Shown here piece after piece: positions 1 through 9,882 of a DNA stretch of 64,000 bases; the stretch's first letter is position 1; each line of letters begins with the position of its first letter. Position numbers and translations under genes: made by a program. This DNA is from a virus. Location of the stretch: the IMG/VR virus record IMGVR_UViG_3300044677_000044, positions 33,019 to 97,018 of that record. The stretch is one strand, 5' to 3'. The notes under the pieces are model-generated. The model had not been told where the DNA came from. It saw only the letters and a program-made list of their open reading frames with translations, and searched no databases.

Positions 1-464
1 GTCAGGGAGAAGAAGGCGCTCCCGGTGACGATGTCGTCGGGCAGGCAGTCGTCCGGGACGGTGGCGAGGGTGATCCCGTTGGTGCCGTCGATGACCGTGC
101 CGTCGACCTTGGCGATCCGGCCGCGGGTGTAGACCTGGCCGTTGTAGACGCGTACCTGTGGCGTCAGGGTGTTGGTCTGGAAGCCGGTGGCGAGGGTGAT
201 GGGGCGCCAGGCCGGGACGGGTTCCCAGATGGTGGTCCAGGTGTCGCTGTCGGCCGCCGTCTTGACCCACGTGGTGCCGTCGCGTGCGACCGCCACGGTC
301 CATACCGGTGCGGCGGACAGTGTCGCGGTGCGGTCGGCGAGGTCGTCGACGTGCTGCACGAGGTGCGGGTCGAGGGCGGTCGCCAGGTCGGCGAGGGCGG
401 GAGGCCCGTCTGGGGCGTCTCCGCCGCCTGGGACGGGCAGGTTGGCGTAGCCGATGGTGGCCAA
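1..464 (-). CDS. Minor tail / tail fibre protein (3' end outside window)
   Basis: Manual translation from TTG at 464 with GGAGG RBS: MATIGYANLPVPGGGDAPDGPPALADLATALDPHLVQHV...; open to the window edge; follows the minor tail genes. Not in the ORF track because it is truncated. Confidence 0.75.
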   Translation of the reverse strand, partial: MATIGYANLPVPGGGDAPDGPPALADLATALDPHLVQHVDDLADRTATLSAAPVWTVAVARDGTTWVKTAADSDTWTTIWEPVPAWRPITLATGFQTNTLTPQVRVYNGQVYTRGRIAKVDGTVIDGTNGITLATVPDDCLPDDIVTGSAFFSL

Positions 465-481
465 GGCAGAGTCCTCCGTGG

Positions 482-1411
482 TCAGGCCGAGAACGTGATG
501 GTGAAGGTGCCGCCGGAGAAGGCGGCGTAGTCCGTCGAGCCGCTGGCGAAGATCGCCAGGCCGCGGGCCGATCCGGAGGCCAGCGCGCTGCGCCAGGCGG
601 CGGGTAGCACTGCGGTGCCCCTGCCGCCCACGGAGAGGCTGAGCAGGTCCCGCGGCCCGTCACCGAGGCTGAGCTGCCCAGACGGTGGCGAGGTGAAGCC
701 GTGCAGGTACACATGCATCGGGCGTTTCGCGTTGACGCCGGACCCGGTGCGCCGGGTGAAGCTGACCTTCATCGACGCGACGGTCTTCCCGGAGCACGCG
801 GCCGCGATGCCGGAGCCGTAGAACCATCCGCCGCGGCGGTCACCGCGGCCGGTCCAGTCGCCCTGTGTCGGGTTGGGGGCGTAGTCGTCCGGCGAGCCGC
901 CGCGCCAGGTCCCGGAGGCGGTCGGGGAGATCGTCACCGGGGATGGCGCCCGGGCCGGCGGGGCGCTGGGGGATCCGTCGGACTGCGAGGCGAGTTGGGC
1001 GTACAGCTCGACCTGGCCCTCGGCGTTCTTCCGTACGAACAGGGTCGAGGTGGTCTGCCAGCCCGTACCGGACGGGCCAGCGGTGCCCCACGTCACGGCG
1101 CGCACGACCTGGACGTCGTGGGCGATGTCGGTGGCGATCTGCCGGGCTGTGTCCTCGTCGACGTCCTCAGGGTCGGCGCCGAGCCGCCACAGCACGACGG
1201 GCACGGTGCCGGGCCGCACCGCGACCCAGTCGCCGGGTGCCCGGTTTCGGTAGGAGTCCGCGCACTGCACGTCCAGTTGGAAAGCGCCCTGGTAGTTGAG
1301 GTTCACGCCGGTGTCAGTGACGTCGACGACCTGCGCGGACACGGTTTGCAGGCGGCCGCCGGCGGGCGCCTTGGCGAGGAGTTGCCCCAGCTGCTCGGCG
1401 GGAGTCGTCAC
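482..1411 (-). CDS. Minor tail protein
   Basis: 309 aa, beta-rich, Gly/Ser/Thr-rich C-terminal domain, position in tail module, overlaps upstream gene by 4 bp. Confidence 0.75.
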   Translation of the reverse strand: MTTPAEQLGQLLAKAPAGGRLQTVSAQVVDVTDTGVNLNYQGAFQLDVQCADSYRNRAPGDWVAVRPGTVPVVLWRLGADPEDVDEDTARQIATDIAHDVQVVRAVTWGTAGPSGTGWQTTSTLFVRKNAEGQVELYAQLASQSDGSPSAPPARAPSPVTISPTASGTWRGGSPDDYAPNPTQGDWTGRGDRRGGWFYGSGIAAACSGKTVASMKVSFTRRTGSGVNAKRPMHVYLHGFTSPPSGQLSLGDGPRDLLSLSVGGRGTAVLPAAWRSALASGSARGLAIFASGSTDYAAFSGGTFTITFSA

Positions 1412-2568
1412 GTCGCGAGCCTCCTCGTCGTCGTACGGGTCGAGCAGGTCATCGACGCGGCGCCCAGGGCGTACGACAGGGAGTCGATCAGGTGGGTCTC
1501 CCAGAGGTCTGGCTGGACCTCGACGCGGACGACGTCGCCGGGTGTCAGCGCCGGGTTGCAGGCCAGGGTGAGGCTGAGGGTCGCCTGAACGCCGAGGGAG
1601 TCGGCGAGCTTCGCGCGGGCGATGTCCATGGCCTGGCCGACACCGGTGATCAGCCCGGAACTGTACGTCTGGGTCCGGACCCGCACGGCGATCAGGCCCA
1701 GCCGTGCGGGCGCGCCCGGGTCGTTGACCGGGTCCGAGCCGGCGTACGTCAGCGATTTGGGGTCGTCGTCCCAGGCGAAGACAGGCCCGATCGACGCGGA
1801 GCCGTCACCGGAGTCGCCGGTGACGACCCACAGGTTGAACAGGCCGGCCGCGGACATCTGCGGCTCGGGCAGTACGACCGCCCCGCCCACTCCACGCGCG
1901 ATGCTCCACACCACCGGGTCGGCCAGGGACGGTACGGGGCCGACGGTGGGCACGCCGCGGGCGTCGACGTACAGTTCGGCGGCGAGCGCCGCGGCGATGC
2001 CGGTGTTGGACCCGGAGGAGTCCGTGCCGGAGGAGAGGACTGCCCATCGGTCGCTGGTCGACACGATCTGTGGGATCACGGTGTCCGGGTCGATCCCGGG
2101 CCGCCACGCCACCGGCAGACCCGGCAGGGCCTCGCCGATGAGCTCGGTGAGGATCGCCCGCGCGGTGTCCGGGCCGATCGTGCGCGGGATCGGGAACCCG
2201 GCGGCGCGGATCTCGTCCTCCATGCCGTCGAGTTCGACCTGCAGCCCGGTGCGGGTGACCTTCGGCTGCGCGACGGTGTACCGGCCGGCGGGGATCCACT
2301 CGACATCGCCGCGGGCGGGCTGGATGCCCTGCCACAGCCGGACGTTCGTCGAGATCGGGTTGATCCCGGCCGCCCCCAGGTCCACCCCGGTGAGGGTGGC
2401 GTTCGAGGTGTACCGGTTGCTTGCGGTGCGGTCGGCGGTGATCGTCGAACTGCCCGCGACGACGCCGCACGGCGTCCATGTGCGGCCGTCGTTGGTCCAC
2501 TCCGCGCGCACGGGCCGCCGGCAGGCACCCGTCAGGGCAGCGAGTGCCCCCGCACTGATCGGCAGCAC
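1408..2568 (-). CDS. Minor tail protein (baseplate hub, DUF5047-like)
   Basis: C-terminal 386 aa of track ORF 1408..3381; GTG at 2568 overlaps the stop of the upstream gene. Motifs YVDARGVPTV and ACNPALTPGDVVRV are typical of actinophage hub proteins. Confidence 0.75.
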   Translation of the reverse strand: MLPISAGALAALTGACRRPVRAEWTNDGRTWTPCGVVAGSSTITADRTASNRYTSNATLTGVDLGAAGINPISTNVRLWQGIQPARGDVEWIPAGRYTVAQPKVTRTGLQVELDGMEDEIRAAGFPIPRTIGPDTARAILTELIGEALPGLPVAWRPGIDPDTVIPQIVSTSDRWAVLSSGTDSSGSNTGIAAALAAELYVDARGVPTVGPVPSLADPVVWSIARGVGGAVVLPEPQMSAAGLFNLWVVTGDSGDGSASIGPVFAWDDDPKSLTYAGSDPVNDPGAPARLGLIAVRVRTQTYSSGLITGVGQAMDIARAKLADSLGVQATLSLTLACNPALTPGDVVRVEVQPDLWETHLIDSLSYALGAASMTCSTRTTTRRLAT

Positions 2569-3449
2569 TACAGCGCCCCGTTGATGCTGAGGGACGCCCA
2601 GGTGGTGTAGGAGGCGGCGACGGCGTCCCATGTGGCGAAGTCGGCGGCGACCTGGTCCCAGGACCATCCGGGGATACGCAGCGGCTGCCCCACGGTGGAG
2701 GGCCGGTCGACTTCCACCAGGTCTGCGGTGTAGGTGCGCGGCTGCGTCGGGGTGGAGACTGCGGCCTGCTGAGGATTCGACAGCAGGATGTACTGGTCGG
2801 GCCGGTGGTAGTCCGGGCGCGTCTGGATCAGCAGCACTCCGGCTGTCGTAAGGAGCTTGAGCACCGTCTCGATCGCGGCGCCTTCCGCGTCGATCGTGAT
2901 CGAGGAGGTGGAGGAGGAGTACACGTCCTGCGCGGCGATCGGGAACGGGCTGCCCATGACGTTGGCCTGGTCGATGCGCGCCGACCACGTCAGTTGCGGC
3001 CAGGAGGTGACGGTGACCCGTGCGGACATGCCCGGCGTATCGAGGGACTTGATCCACACGTCGCCCGGTCCGGCGGCCGGGATGGGCAGAGTGATCGACA
3101 GGGCCGTCGACGGGCCGGTCGTCCCGTCGGCGAAGGTGGGCACCGCGGTGTACACCACGGCGACACCAAGGGGTGCCTCGTGGTCGTAAGCGGTGCCGAC
3201 ACCCTCGATCGCCCATGCGGTGTCCGCCGACCGTACGGGCACCTGTGCGGCCGCACCCGGGTCCTGCCGGGTGATCCGCACCATACGGACGTCGTCCACG
3301 CTGTCCAGGGGTGTGCTGGCCGTGTAGTCGACGGCCAGCACCACCCCCGCCCACGTCGTGTCCGCTGTTGCCCTCAGCCATCCGTCGGGACTGGTGACCA
3401 CGACCGGCGGTGTGATCTCCGGCGCGTGCGGGTCGACGATCATCGGCAT
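2568..3449 (-). CDS. Minor tail protein (distal tail-like)
   Basis: Directly after tape measure; YDHEAPLGVAVVY and WSWDQVAADFATWDAVAASYTTW motifs of actinophage minor tail proteins. Confidence 0.75.
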   Translation of the reverse strand: MPMIVDPHAPEITPPVVVTSPDGWLRATADTTWAGVVLAVDYTASTPLDSVDDVRMVRITRQDPGAAAQVPVRSADTAWAIEGVGTAYDHEAPLGVAVVYTAVPTFADGTTGPSTALSITLPIPAAGPGDVWIKSLDTPGMSARVTVTSWPQLTWSARIDQANVMGSPFPIAAQDVYSSSTSSITIDAEGAAIETVLKLLTTAGVLLIQTRPDYHRPDQYILLSNPQQAAVSTPTQPRTYTADLVEVDRPSTVGQPLRIPGWSWDQVAADFATWDAVAASYTTWASLSINGAL

Positions 3450-3462
3450 GGGGGCTCCTCTC

Positions 3463-6400
3463 TCACTGCGCGTTGGCGGTACGCCGCACGGTCGTCAGCG
3501 CGCTGTCGACCTGGGTGTCGGCGACGCCGGCGACGTAGGCGTGCAGCGTCGGGCCGTCCTGGACGACCAGCGTCACCGCCTGCCCGGGCTGGAAGCCGCC
3601 TGCTGACGGGCCTGCAGCGAGGCGGGTGAGGGCGTTCGCCTGGTCGGTGGTGAACACCGGCTCCGGGGAGCCGGTGCCGTTGTAGGCCAGGTTCAGGCCG
3701 GGCTGGAGGTAGCCGCCCTTGTCGTACCAGTGGGGGGACCGGTCCGACCACTGCGACCAGGCATGCGACGGGGAGCCGTAGCGGCTGTGGATGTAGTCCA
3801 GCCCCCACGTGATCTGGGTGTGGGGGCTGGTTTTCCAGTCCGGGCCGGCGGCGGCCATCTTGGATGCGGGCAGCGACTGGGGGATGCCGTACGCGCCGCT
3901 GCTCTTGTTGAGGGCCTTGTAGTTCCAGCCCGATTCGCCGTTCCACAGCTTGATCAGGGCGGGCATCTCGTTGCCGCCCCAGCCCCACGCCTTGAGCATG
4001 TTGCGGGCCATGGCCTGTGCGGCTGCGGCGCCGGTGCCGTGAACACCGGCGTCCCCTCCCCCGCCGGCCTTCCCTCCGAGTCCGGTGAGGAGCTTCTTCA
4101 TGCCGCCGAGCGCGGCCACGGGCAGGGCCGCGGCCGCCTTCCCCCAGGGGCTGGACGTGAGCGGCTTGAGCTTGCCGAGAACGGGGTTGAGGATCTTCAC
4201 GAGGTTCCCGACCGGGTCGGCCAGGAAGTCCGCGGCGCTCTTGATGCCGCCCCAGGCCGCACCGGCGGCGTTCGACACGGCGCCGCCCGCGGCCTTCGCC
4301 GCGCCGCTGATGGTGCTGGTGATGTCGCCGAAGATGCCGCCGCCGGACAGGAGTTGCGCGCCGGCCTGCTGGAACAGGCCGAGCGCCCGGGTCCGGTACT
4401 TCGGGTCGGTGGGGATGACGTACTCGGGGTGACGGGGGTTGCCCTCGCCGACGATCGCGGTGGGCTTGCTGAACACCCCGGGCCGCATGGGCATCGGGCC
4501 GCCCTGCGCGAGAAGCGGGAGCTTCCCGAGCTTCGGCAGGCCGGGAATCCAGCCGCCGACCTTCTTCCACACGCTGAGGATCCCGTTGTTCCAGACGGTG
4601 TCGATCACGAAGTTGATCGGCTTCTTCGCCGCGTTCTCGATCTTGTCCCAGGTTTTGGCGATCCCGACACTCGTGCTGTCGAAGGCGCTGATGACCTTGT
4701 CGCTCAGGGTTCCCGCCCAGCCCGGGATGGTCTTCGTGAAGAACGTCCCGATCGGGTTGAGGACGTTCTTCTTCAGCCAGGACCAGCCGTCGGAGAAGAC
4801 GCTCTCGATGTTCCCCCAGTAGTGAGTGATCGCCCACACGGTCAGGCCGATCGGGCCGGTGATGATCCCGAGAACAAGCGGCCAGTTTCGGCTGATCCAT
4901 CCCATCAGCCACATGAAGGAGTTGGGGATCGTCTTCGTGAAAAACGGAATGAAGTCCTTCGTGAACCAGGTGACGACCGCCTGCACGGCGATCTGAATCC
5001 CGGCCCAGACTGCCTTCACCGAGTCACGGAACCACGCCCAGTGATTCCATGCCCAAAGGACAGCGGCGATCAGCAAGCCGATCGTGACGATGATGATCAG
5101 GATGATCGCGACGATCGGGTTCCCTGCGAAGGCTGCGTCCGCAGCCAGCGTGGCGGCAGTCCACCCGTCGGTGATCAGCGTGGTCAGCACCACAATCGCG
5201 TTGTAGACGAGGACCGCGCCGTTCCACGCCAGTTGCGCGAGCGTCGCCAGCTTCGTCACGACAAAGATCGCGTAGAGGAGTTGGATAACCCCCGGCGAAT
5301 TGGTGGCGATACTGCCGATGACATCGGCGACGGCTCCCAGTGCCTTCAGCACAGGGCCGGAAAGCGGAGCGGTCGCCTTCCCTACGTCTACAAAGGCGTC
5401 TCCGATCTTCCCGAGGGAGTCGGCGAGTTTCGGGGCCTCCTGCGACGCGTAGTCGAGGAAGTTCTCAAACTTCGGGCTGCCCTTGAGGTTCTTCCCGAAG
5501 TTCGCGAACTTTCCCGTGATCTTGTCCATCCGGGTGGAGATGGTGTTGATGTGCGGGAGGAAAGCGTCAATGATCCCCGCGGCCCCTACGAAGACGTTCC
5601 CGATCGCCGTGCCGACACCGACGATCGCCGGCTGGACCGATGACGCGAAGTCCTTCTTCAGGGACAGCCACCACGGGCTCTTGAAACCCTTACTGACCTT
5701 GTCCTGGAGGGTTTCGATGCCCTTCGCCGCACCGGTGACCAGAGGCGTCAACCCGGGCAGGCTGTTCTTCGCCCCGTCGATCCCGCGGGTGAAGATCGGC
5801 ATGATCTCCGGCTGCAAGTCCCGAGACCAGCCCTTGAACGCCGTCCGGAGATCGAGGAAAGCGTTGAAGGTGGCCCGCGAGCTCGGCGTCAGCTTGTCCA
5901 GGGCCTGCTGGTACTTCTGCGCCGCCGTGGCGCTCGCGTCCGAACCGCTCGCGGCCGACAGCGAGGCCGAAGCGACCTGCCGCTGCGCGCTCGCGATGGA
6001 GTCTGCGGCGTTCGCCTCAGCGTCGCTGACCTTCGCCTGCGCGTCCGCGATGGCCTGGGCGTTCTGCTGCTGTGTCCGTACCTGGGCTGCCTGCGCGTCC
6101 GACAGCGCCTGGGTGCGGTCGGTGACGTTGGCCTGGGCCTGGGCCACGGCGTCCTGGGCCTGCGTATAGGTCGCGCTGCCCTTGACGCCGGCCTTGTTCG
6201 CGGCCGTCGTCTGGTCCTGGAGACGCTTGGTCTGGATCTGCTGCTCGGACAGCGACTGAACGGCCGCGTCGTACGCCAGCTGATCCTGCGCAAGCTGCTC
6301 CGCGGTGACCTTCGCACCAGCGGCCTTGTCTGCGGTGAGCTGCTCCTGCGCGGACGTTACGGCGAGTGCCGCGCGCCGCTGCGCGAGGTCGGCGTCGACC

Positions 6401-7932
6401 AGCTGGTTGTTGAGGTCCTGGAGCTGGTCGGCCGCGGTCTTCCGCGCGGCCACCAGGTCCAACTGGGCCTGCTTCGCGGCCTTCTGCGCGTCGGCGAGGT
6501 CACCCTCGGCCTTCTCCACCGCGCTGTCGGCCTGCACCTGCTGCAGCGCGGCCTGCTGGATCGCGTTGCCCACGGCCTCTCTGGCCTGCTCGATCTCCCG
6601 GGCACCGCTGCGCACCGCGGAGGCAAGAGCCTGCTGAGCCCCGGCCATCTGCAGGGACTGCGAGGCTGCCTGAGCGGCGGCCTGGCCGCTCTTCGCCGTC
6701 GCGGTGGCTGCCGCGTTCTGGGCCTGCTTCTGTGCGTCGAGAGCGCCCTTGACGTCGCTGATCGCGGGAAGGGCAGCGGCGGCGAACGCGCCGACGCCGA
6801 CAGCGGCCGCGGTGAATCCTGCGACCAGGGACCCGGTGCCGGCCGCGAGGACCGGGATCGCCGGGAGCGCGATCAGGCCGGCGATGGCGATCGACACCTG
6901 GAAGATCGCCGACAGTGCCTCCCGGTTGGAGACGTGGAGGTTGATGTCCTTGCCGTCCAGGCCGTCCGCCGCGGCGTCGACCGCGGCGAGCTGCGCCAGC
7001 GCGGCGGCGGTGTCCGCGCGCACCGCGATGTTCGGGGACGACGCGCCGAGCGCAAGCAGCCGGGCGCGGATCTCATCGATCCTCGCCTGCGCGGTCGCCG
7101 CGTCGATGTCGACACCGATGCGCTCATCGGACAGCGCACCCAGCGACGCCCGCAAACGGGCCATCTCCAGTTCCGCGGGGGTGGTATCCACCCGGGCCTG
7201 GATGTTGACGTCCGGCAGGGACGCCTGAGCGCGCTGGACGGCCGCCCGCAGACGGGTAGCCCACGCACCGTCGGTCTCGACCTGGATGTTGACGGCGTTG
7301 GAGGAGACCCGCTCGATCTCCGCCCGGATGTCGGCCAGCGCGGCGCGCGCCGCCGCGGTGTCCGCACGCACCGCGACGTTCGGGTGCGCGGCACCGAGCC
7401 GGGTGAGCTGCGCCTCGATGTCGGCGACCTCGGCGTCGGCCCGGGTAACGTCGACGTCGATCCCGATCCGCTTGTTCGACAGGGTCTCCATGCGGGCGCG
7501 GAGCCGCGCGAGCTCCGCGTCCACACCGGTGTCGGCGAGGCTGACGTTCAGCTTGGGCATCGCCCGGAACGCCTCAACGAGCTTGGCCCGCAGGGTGCGG
7601 GCGAAGGCACCGCCGGCGTCGTCGCCCTGCTTGGACGCGGCGACCTTCGCCTGCTGGCCGCCGATGGTGATGCCCTGCTTGAGGGCGTCCTTCACCGCGT
7701 CCTTGATGCGGTTGGCGATCTCGGTGCCGATCTGCTGGCCGATCGACAGCCCGATGTTGCCGACGGCCCGCTGCATGGCGGGGCCGAACGCCTCACCGGC
7801 GGCCTTGCCCGCGTCTTCGCCGGCCTTCGTCGCGGCCGGCACGAGCGCGTCCCGGAGCCTCTGTTCGATCCCCGTGGTGTTGGGGACGATGTCGACTTCG
7901 ACGGATCCGACACTGATCGGCACGAGGGTCAC
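3463..7932 (-). CDS. Tape measure protein with C-terminal lytic transglycosylase (SLT-like) domain
   Basis: 1489 aa, Ala/Gln-rich helical repeats, hydrophobic middle, C-terminal LIKLWNGESGWNYKALNKSSGAYGIPQSLP...QITWGLDYIHSRYG lysozyme-like motif; follows the tail chaperones. Confidence 0.95.
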   Translation of the reverse strand: MTLVPISVGSVEVDIVPNTTGIEQRLRDALVPAATKAGEDAGKAAGEAFGPAMQRAVGNIGLSIGQQIGTEIANRIKDAVKDALKQGITIGGQQAKVAASKQGDDAGGAFARTLRAKLVEAFRAMPKLNVSLADTGVDAELARLRARMETLSNKRIGIDVDVTRADAEVADIEAQLTRLGAAHPNVAVRADTAAARAALADIRAEIERVSSNAVNIQVETDGAWATRLRAAVQRAQASLPDVNIQARVDTTPAELEMARLRASLGALSDERIGVDIDAATAQARIDEIRARLLALGASSPNIAVRADTAAALAQLAAVDAAADGLDGKDINLHVSNREALSAIFQVSIAIAGLIALPAIPVLAAGTGSLVAGFTAAAVGVGAFAAAALPAISDVKGALDAQKQAQNAAATATAKSGQAAAQAASQSLQMAGAQQALASAVRSGAREIEQAREAVGNAIQQAALQQVQADSAVEKAEGDLADAQKAAKQAQLDLVAARKTAADQLQDLNNQLVDADLAQRRAALAVTSAQEQLTADKAAGAKVTAEQLAQDQLAYDAAVQSLSEQQIQTKRLQDQTTAANKAGVKGSATYTQAQDAVAQAQANVTDRTQALSDAQAAQVRTQQQNAQAIADAQAKVSDAEANAADSIASAQRQVASASLSAASGSDASATAAQKYQQALDKLTPSSRATFNAFLDLRTAFKGWSRDLQPEIMPIFTRGIDGAKNSLPGLTPLVTGAAKGIETLQDKVSKGFKSPWWLSLKKDFASSVQPAIVGVGTAIGNVFVGAAGIIDAFLPHINTISTRMDKITGKFANFGKNLKGSPKFENFLDYASQEAPKLADSLGKIGDAFVDVGKATAPLSGPVLKALGAVADVIGSIATNSPGVIQLLYAIFVVTKLATLAQLAWNGAVLVYNAIVVLTTLITDGWTAATLAADAAFAGNPIVAIILIIIVTIGLLIAAVLWAWNHWAWFRDSVKAVWAGIQIAVQAVVTWFTKDFIPFFTKTIPNSFMWLMGWISRNWPLVLGIITGPIGLTVWAITHYWGNIESVFSDGWSWLKKNVLNPIGTFFTKTIPGWAGTLSDKVISAFDSTSVGIAKTWDKIENAAKKPINFVIDTVWNNGILSVWKKVGGWIPGLPKLGKLPLLAQGGPMPMRPGVFSKPTAIVGEGNPRHPEYVIPTDPKYRTRALGLFQQAGAQLLSGGGIFGDITSTISGAAKAAGGAVSNAAGAAWGGIKSAADFLADPVGNLVKILNPVLGKLKPLTSSPWGKAAAALPVAALGGMKKLLTGLGGKAGGGGDAGVHGTGAAAAQAMARNMLKAWGWGGNEMPALIKLWNGESGWNYKALNKSSGAYGIPQSLPASKMAAAGPDWKTSPHTQITWGLDYIHSRYGSPSHAWSQWSDRSPHWYDKGGYLQPGLNLAYNGTGSPEPVFTTDQANALTRLAAGPSAGGFQPGQAVTLVVQDGPTLHAYVAGVADTQVDSALTTVRRTANAQ

Positions 7933-7950
7933 CCCCTCGCGACTCGATCG

Positions 7951-8729
7951 CTACACGGCGTCCTGCCCCTTGATGAGGCGGAACAGGGCCTCACGGGCCC
8001 GGTCGGTCATCGTTGGCTTCGGATGTACGGCCTTCATCCCGGGGCGCCGCAGCGGCTCCGGCGGAGCCGGTTTACGGGCCTTGCTGTCGAGGTTGGATAG
8101 CACTGTGACGTACTCCAGGCGCCGCAGGGAGTCGACCACCGCGGCGAGCAGTTGCTCGATCTGCGACCAGCGGGCTTTCTCCGGCTCGCCCTTGCTGGCG
8201 TACCCCGCGTACTCCTCATCGGTGAGGTCGTTGCGGAGCGCGGTCATCGTGTGGGATTCCGCGGGCAGGTGCTGAATGATCACGCGGAGGCGGCGCCAGG
8301 TCATCAGGCCGCGGTGGACATCGAGGACGTCCAGGCCGCGCTCGATGAGGTCGGCTTCTACCTCCTCCGGGTGGGCCGCGAGGATCCTCGCCGCCCATTG
8401 GAGTTTCCCAGGTTGTCCCCGCCCACTTCGGATGCCTTCTCCGCGAAGTGGATGATCGCCTTGGGGTCCGGGTCGAGGTCCACGAAGGTGTCGTAGTCGT
8501 CCTCGTGAAGGATGATGTCGAAGAACGTGTCGAAGTCGCTGCGGTTCAGGGCGCGGAACGCGGAGGCGGGCCACCTGGTGGCGGGCAGGGTCCGGACGTC
8601 CTTGGTGACGCCGTCGTGGCCGGCCAGCGGAACCGGGTAGTAGTCGCCGTCGTCGTCTGCGGCGGCCTCCTGGTCCTCGGCCGCGTTAGCGGCGTTCTGT
8701 TCCTCGAGCTGTTGCTTCGTGGTGGGCAT
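7951..8729 (-). CDS. Tail assembly chaperone, long (GT) form made by -1 frameshift
   Basis: The -1 frame (...PGKLQWAARILAAHPEEVEADL...GQDAV*) overlaps the end of the short chaperone at a G GGA AAC heptamer. Confidence 0.85.
8358..8729 (-). CDS. Tail assembly chaperone, short (G) form
   Basis: 123 aa acidic protein between tail tube and tape measure; ends ...DNLGNSNGRRGSSRPTRRR. Confidence 0.88.
   Translation of the reverse strand: MPTTKQQLEEQNAANAAEDQEAAADDDGDYYPVPLAGHDGVTKDVRTLPATRWPASAFRALNRSDFDTFFDIILHEDDYDTFVDLDPDPKAIIHFAEKASEVGGDNLGNSNGRRGSSRPTRRR
8403..8409 (-). other. Programmed -1 ribosomal frameshift slippery site GGGAAAC
   Basis: Plus-strand GTTTCCC = minus-strand G GGA AAC, the canonical X XXY YYZ pattern in the correct phase (CTG GGA AAC). 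Confidence 0.88.
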
Positions 8730-8747
8730 GCGCGGGCCTTTCTCGGT

Positions 8748-8813
8748 CTGGCGCGGGCGGGTGAGATGGAGAGGGTGGCGGGCTGGGCCCGCGCCAGGAT
8801 CGGCCCGCCACCC
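8748..8813 (-). other. Interleaved pair of perfect 11-bp stems (pseudoknot or RNA switch) upstream of the tail chaperone RBS
   Basis: 8748-8758 pairs with 8787-8797; 8773-8783 pairs with 8803-8813 (A-B-A'-B' order). Confidence 0.55.
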
Positions 8814-8829
8814 CGTTCATGGGACCGGC

Positions 8830-9417
8830 TCAGGAGCCGGTGTAGGCGGGCGTGACCGGCACGAAGTCCGTGTGGTAGACGGTGATGTTCGCGTCGTCCG
8901 GGTACGCCGTGACGGTGATGCCGTAGCCGGACATAGTGTCCTGCTTGAACGTCACGTCGTCGCGGTCAGAGATCTCGCCCTGGGGGACGTAGAAGCCGCG
9001 GGCGGTGTCGCCATCGAAGACCACGAACCACCACGCCCGCCTGTCGGGGGTGGGGGCGGCCGTCTCGCCGAAGTTCGTCAGGCCGTCCTCGTCCGGCGCG
9101 AGGTCCGCCGCCGGGATGCGGTACATGATGCTCTGCACCTGCACCCGCGCGGTTTCCCACAGCGTCATCTTGAACGTACGGATGGACTTGGTGATCGTCG
9201 TACGGAACGGCGAGGTCAATCCCCACGGCGTGAACGCCTGGGAGTCCTCATCGAAGCCGTAGACCAGGCCGTCGTCGCTGGTCGCACCGAGGGGTGCGAA
9301 CGGCGGGAGGGGCTGCTCGAGCGGCGACGTGGGCCGCTCCGTTCCCAACGGGCCGACCCACCCCGCCCCGTTGCTTCCGATGACGGTCAGGTCCTGGGAC
9401 CTGTCGATCGTGACCAT
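8830..9417 (-). CDS. Major tail (tail tube) protein
   Basis: ATG 9417 with GGAGG RBS; LGATSDDGLV...TFKMTLWET...YGITVTAYPD is a typical actinophage tail tube; C-terminus ...PAYTGS. Confidence 0.92.
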   Translation of the reverse strand: MVTIDRSQDLTVIGSNGAGWVGPLGTERPTSPLEQPLPPFAPLGATSDDGLVYGFDEDSQAFTPWGLTSPFRTTITKSIRTFKMTLWETARVQVQSIMYRIPAADLAPDEDGLTNFGETAAPTPDRRAWWFVVFDGDTARGFYVPQGEISDRDDVTFKQDTMSGYGITVTAYPDDANITVYHTDFVPVTPAYTGS

Positions 9418-9498
9418 GCGCTGGCCTCCAGACATGCTGAGGCCCCGCACGGCGGGGCCAGGATGGGAAAGAGGGTCCGGCGCGGGCCCGCTTGGCGG

Positions 9499-9882
9499 TC
9501 AGGAGACCGGGTGGAAGAACACTTCGTAGGTGCCGCCGATCTTGCGCAGCGCCGGGTTTTCGTACGGCCGCCACATCGGGGCGCTGACGGTGGAGACCCG
9601 GCCGAACACCGCCTTGGCGGTCTTCACGCCCCGCAGCTTGATGACGAGGTCGTCACGGGCGGCGCGGGCCAGCGCGGACGCATCGGCGCGGGTCAGCGCG
9701 TAAGCGTCGACGTCGATCAGCGCCCGGTCCAGGCGGAACCCGTCGTCAGTGCCGCCGACGCGCTGCACCTGCAGGACCGGCAGGACATCGAGGAGATCCG
9801 CTGGAAGGTCCGTGCACACCCGCACCGTCCTGGTCCCCGTCAGGTAGGAGACCAGTTCGGCCTCCACATCGGGCCACTCCAT
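9499..9882 (-). CDS. Tail terminator protein
   Basis: WPDVEAELV...LPVLQVQRVGG...IDVDAYA pattern; position before tail tube. Confidence 0.85.
   Translation of the reverse strand: MEWPDVEAELVSYLTGTRTVRVCTDLPADLLDVLPVLQVQRVGGTDDGFRLDRALIDVDAYALTRADASALARAARDDLVIKLRGVKTAKAVFGRVSTVSAPMWRPYENPALRKIGGTYEVFFHPVS

Noticed and set aside
6860-7460. Internal duplicated segments in the tape measure N-terminus (VRADTAAA repeats)
   Set aside because: Ordinary tape-measure repeat structure.
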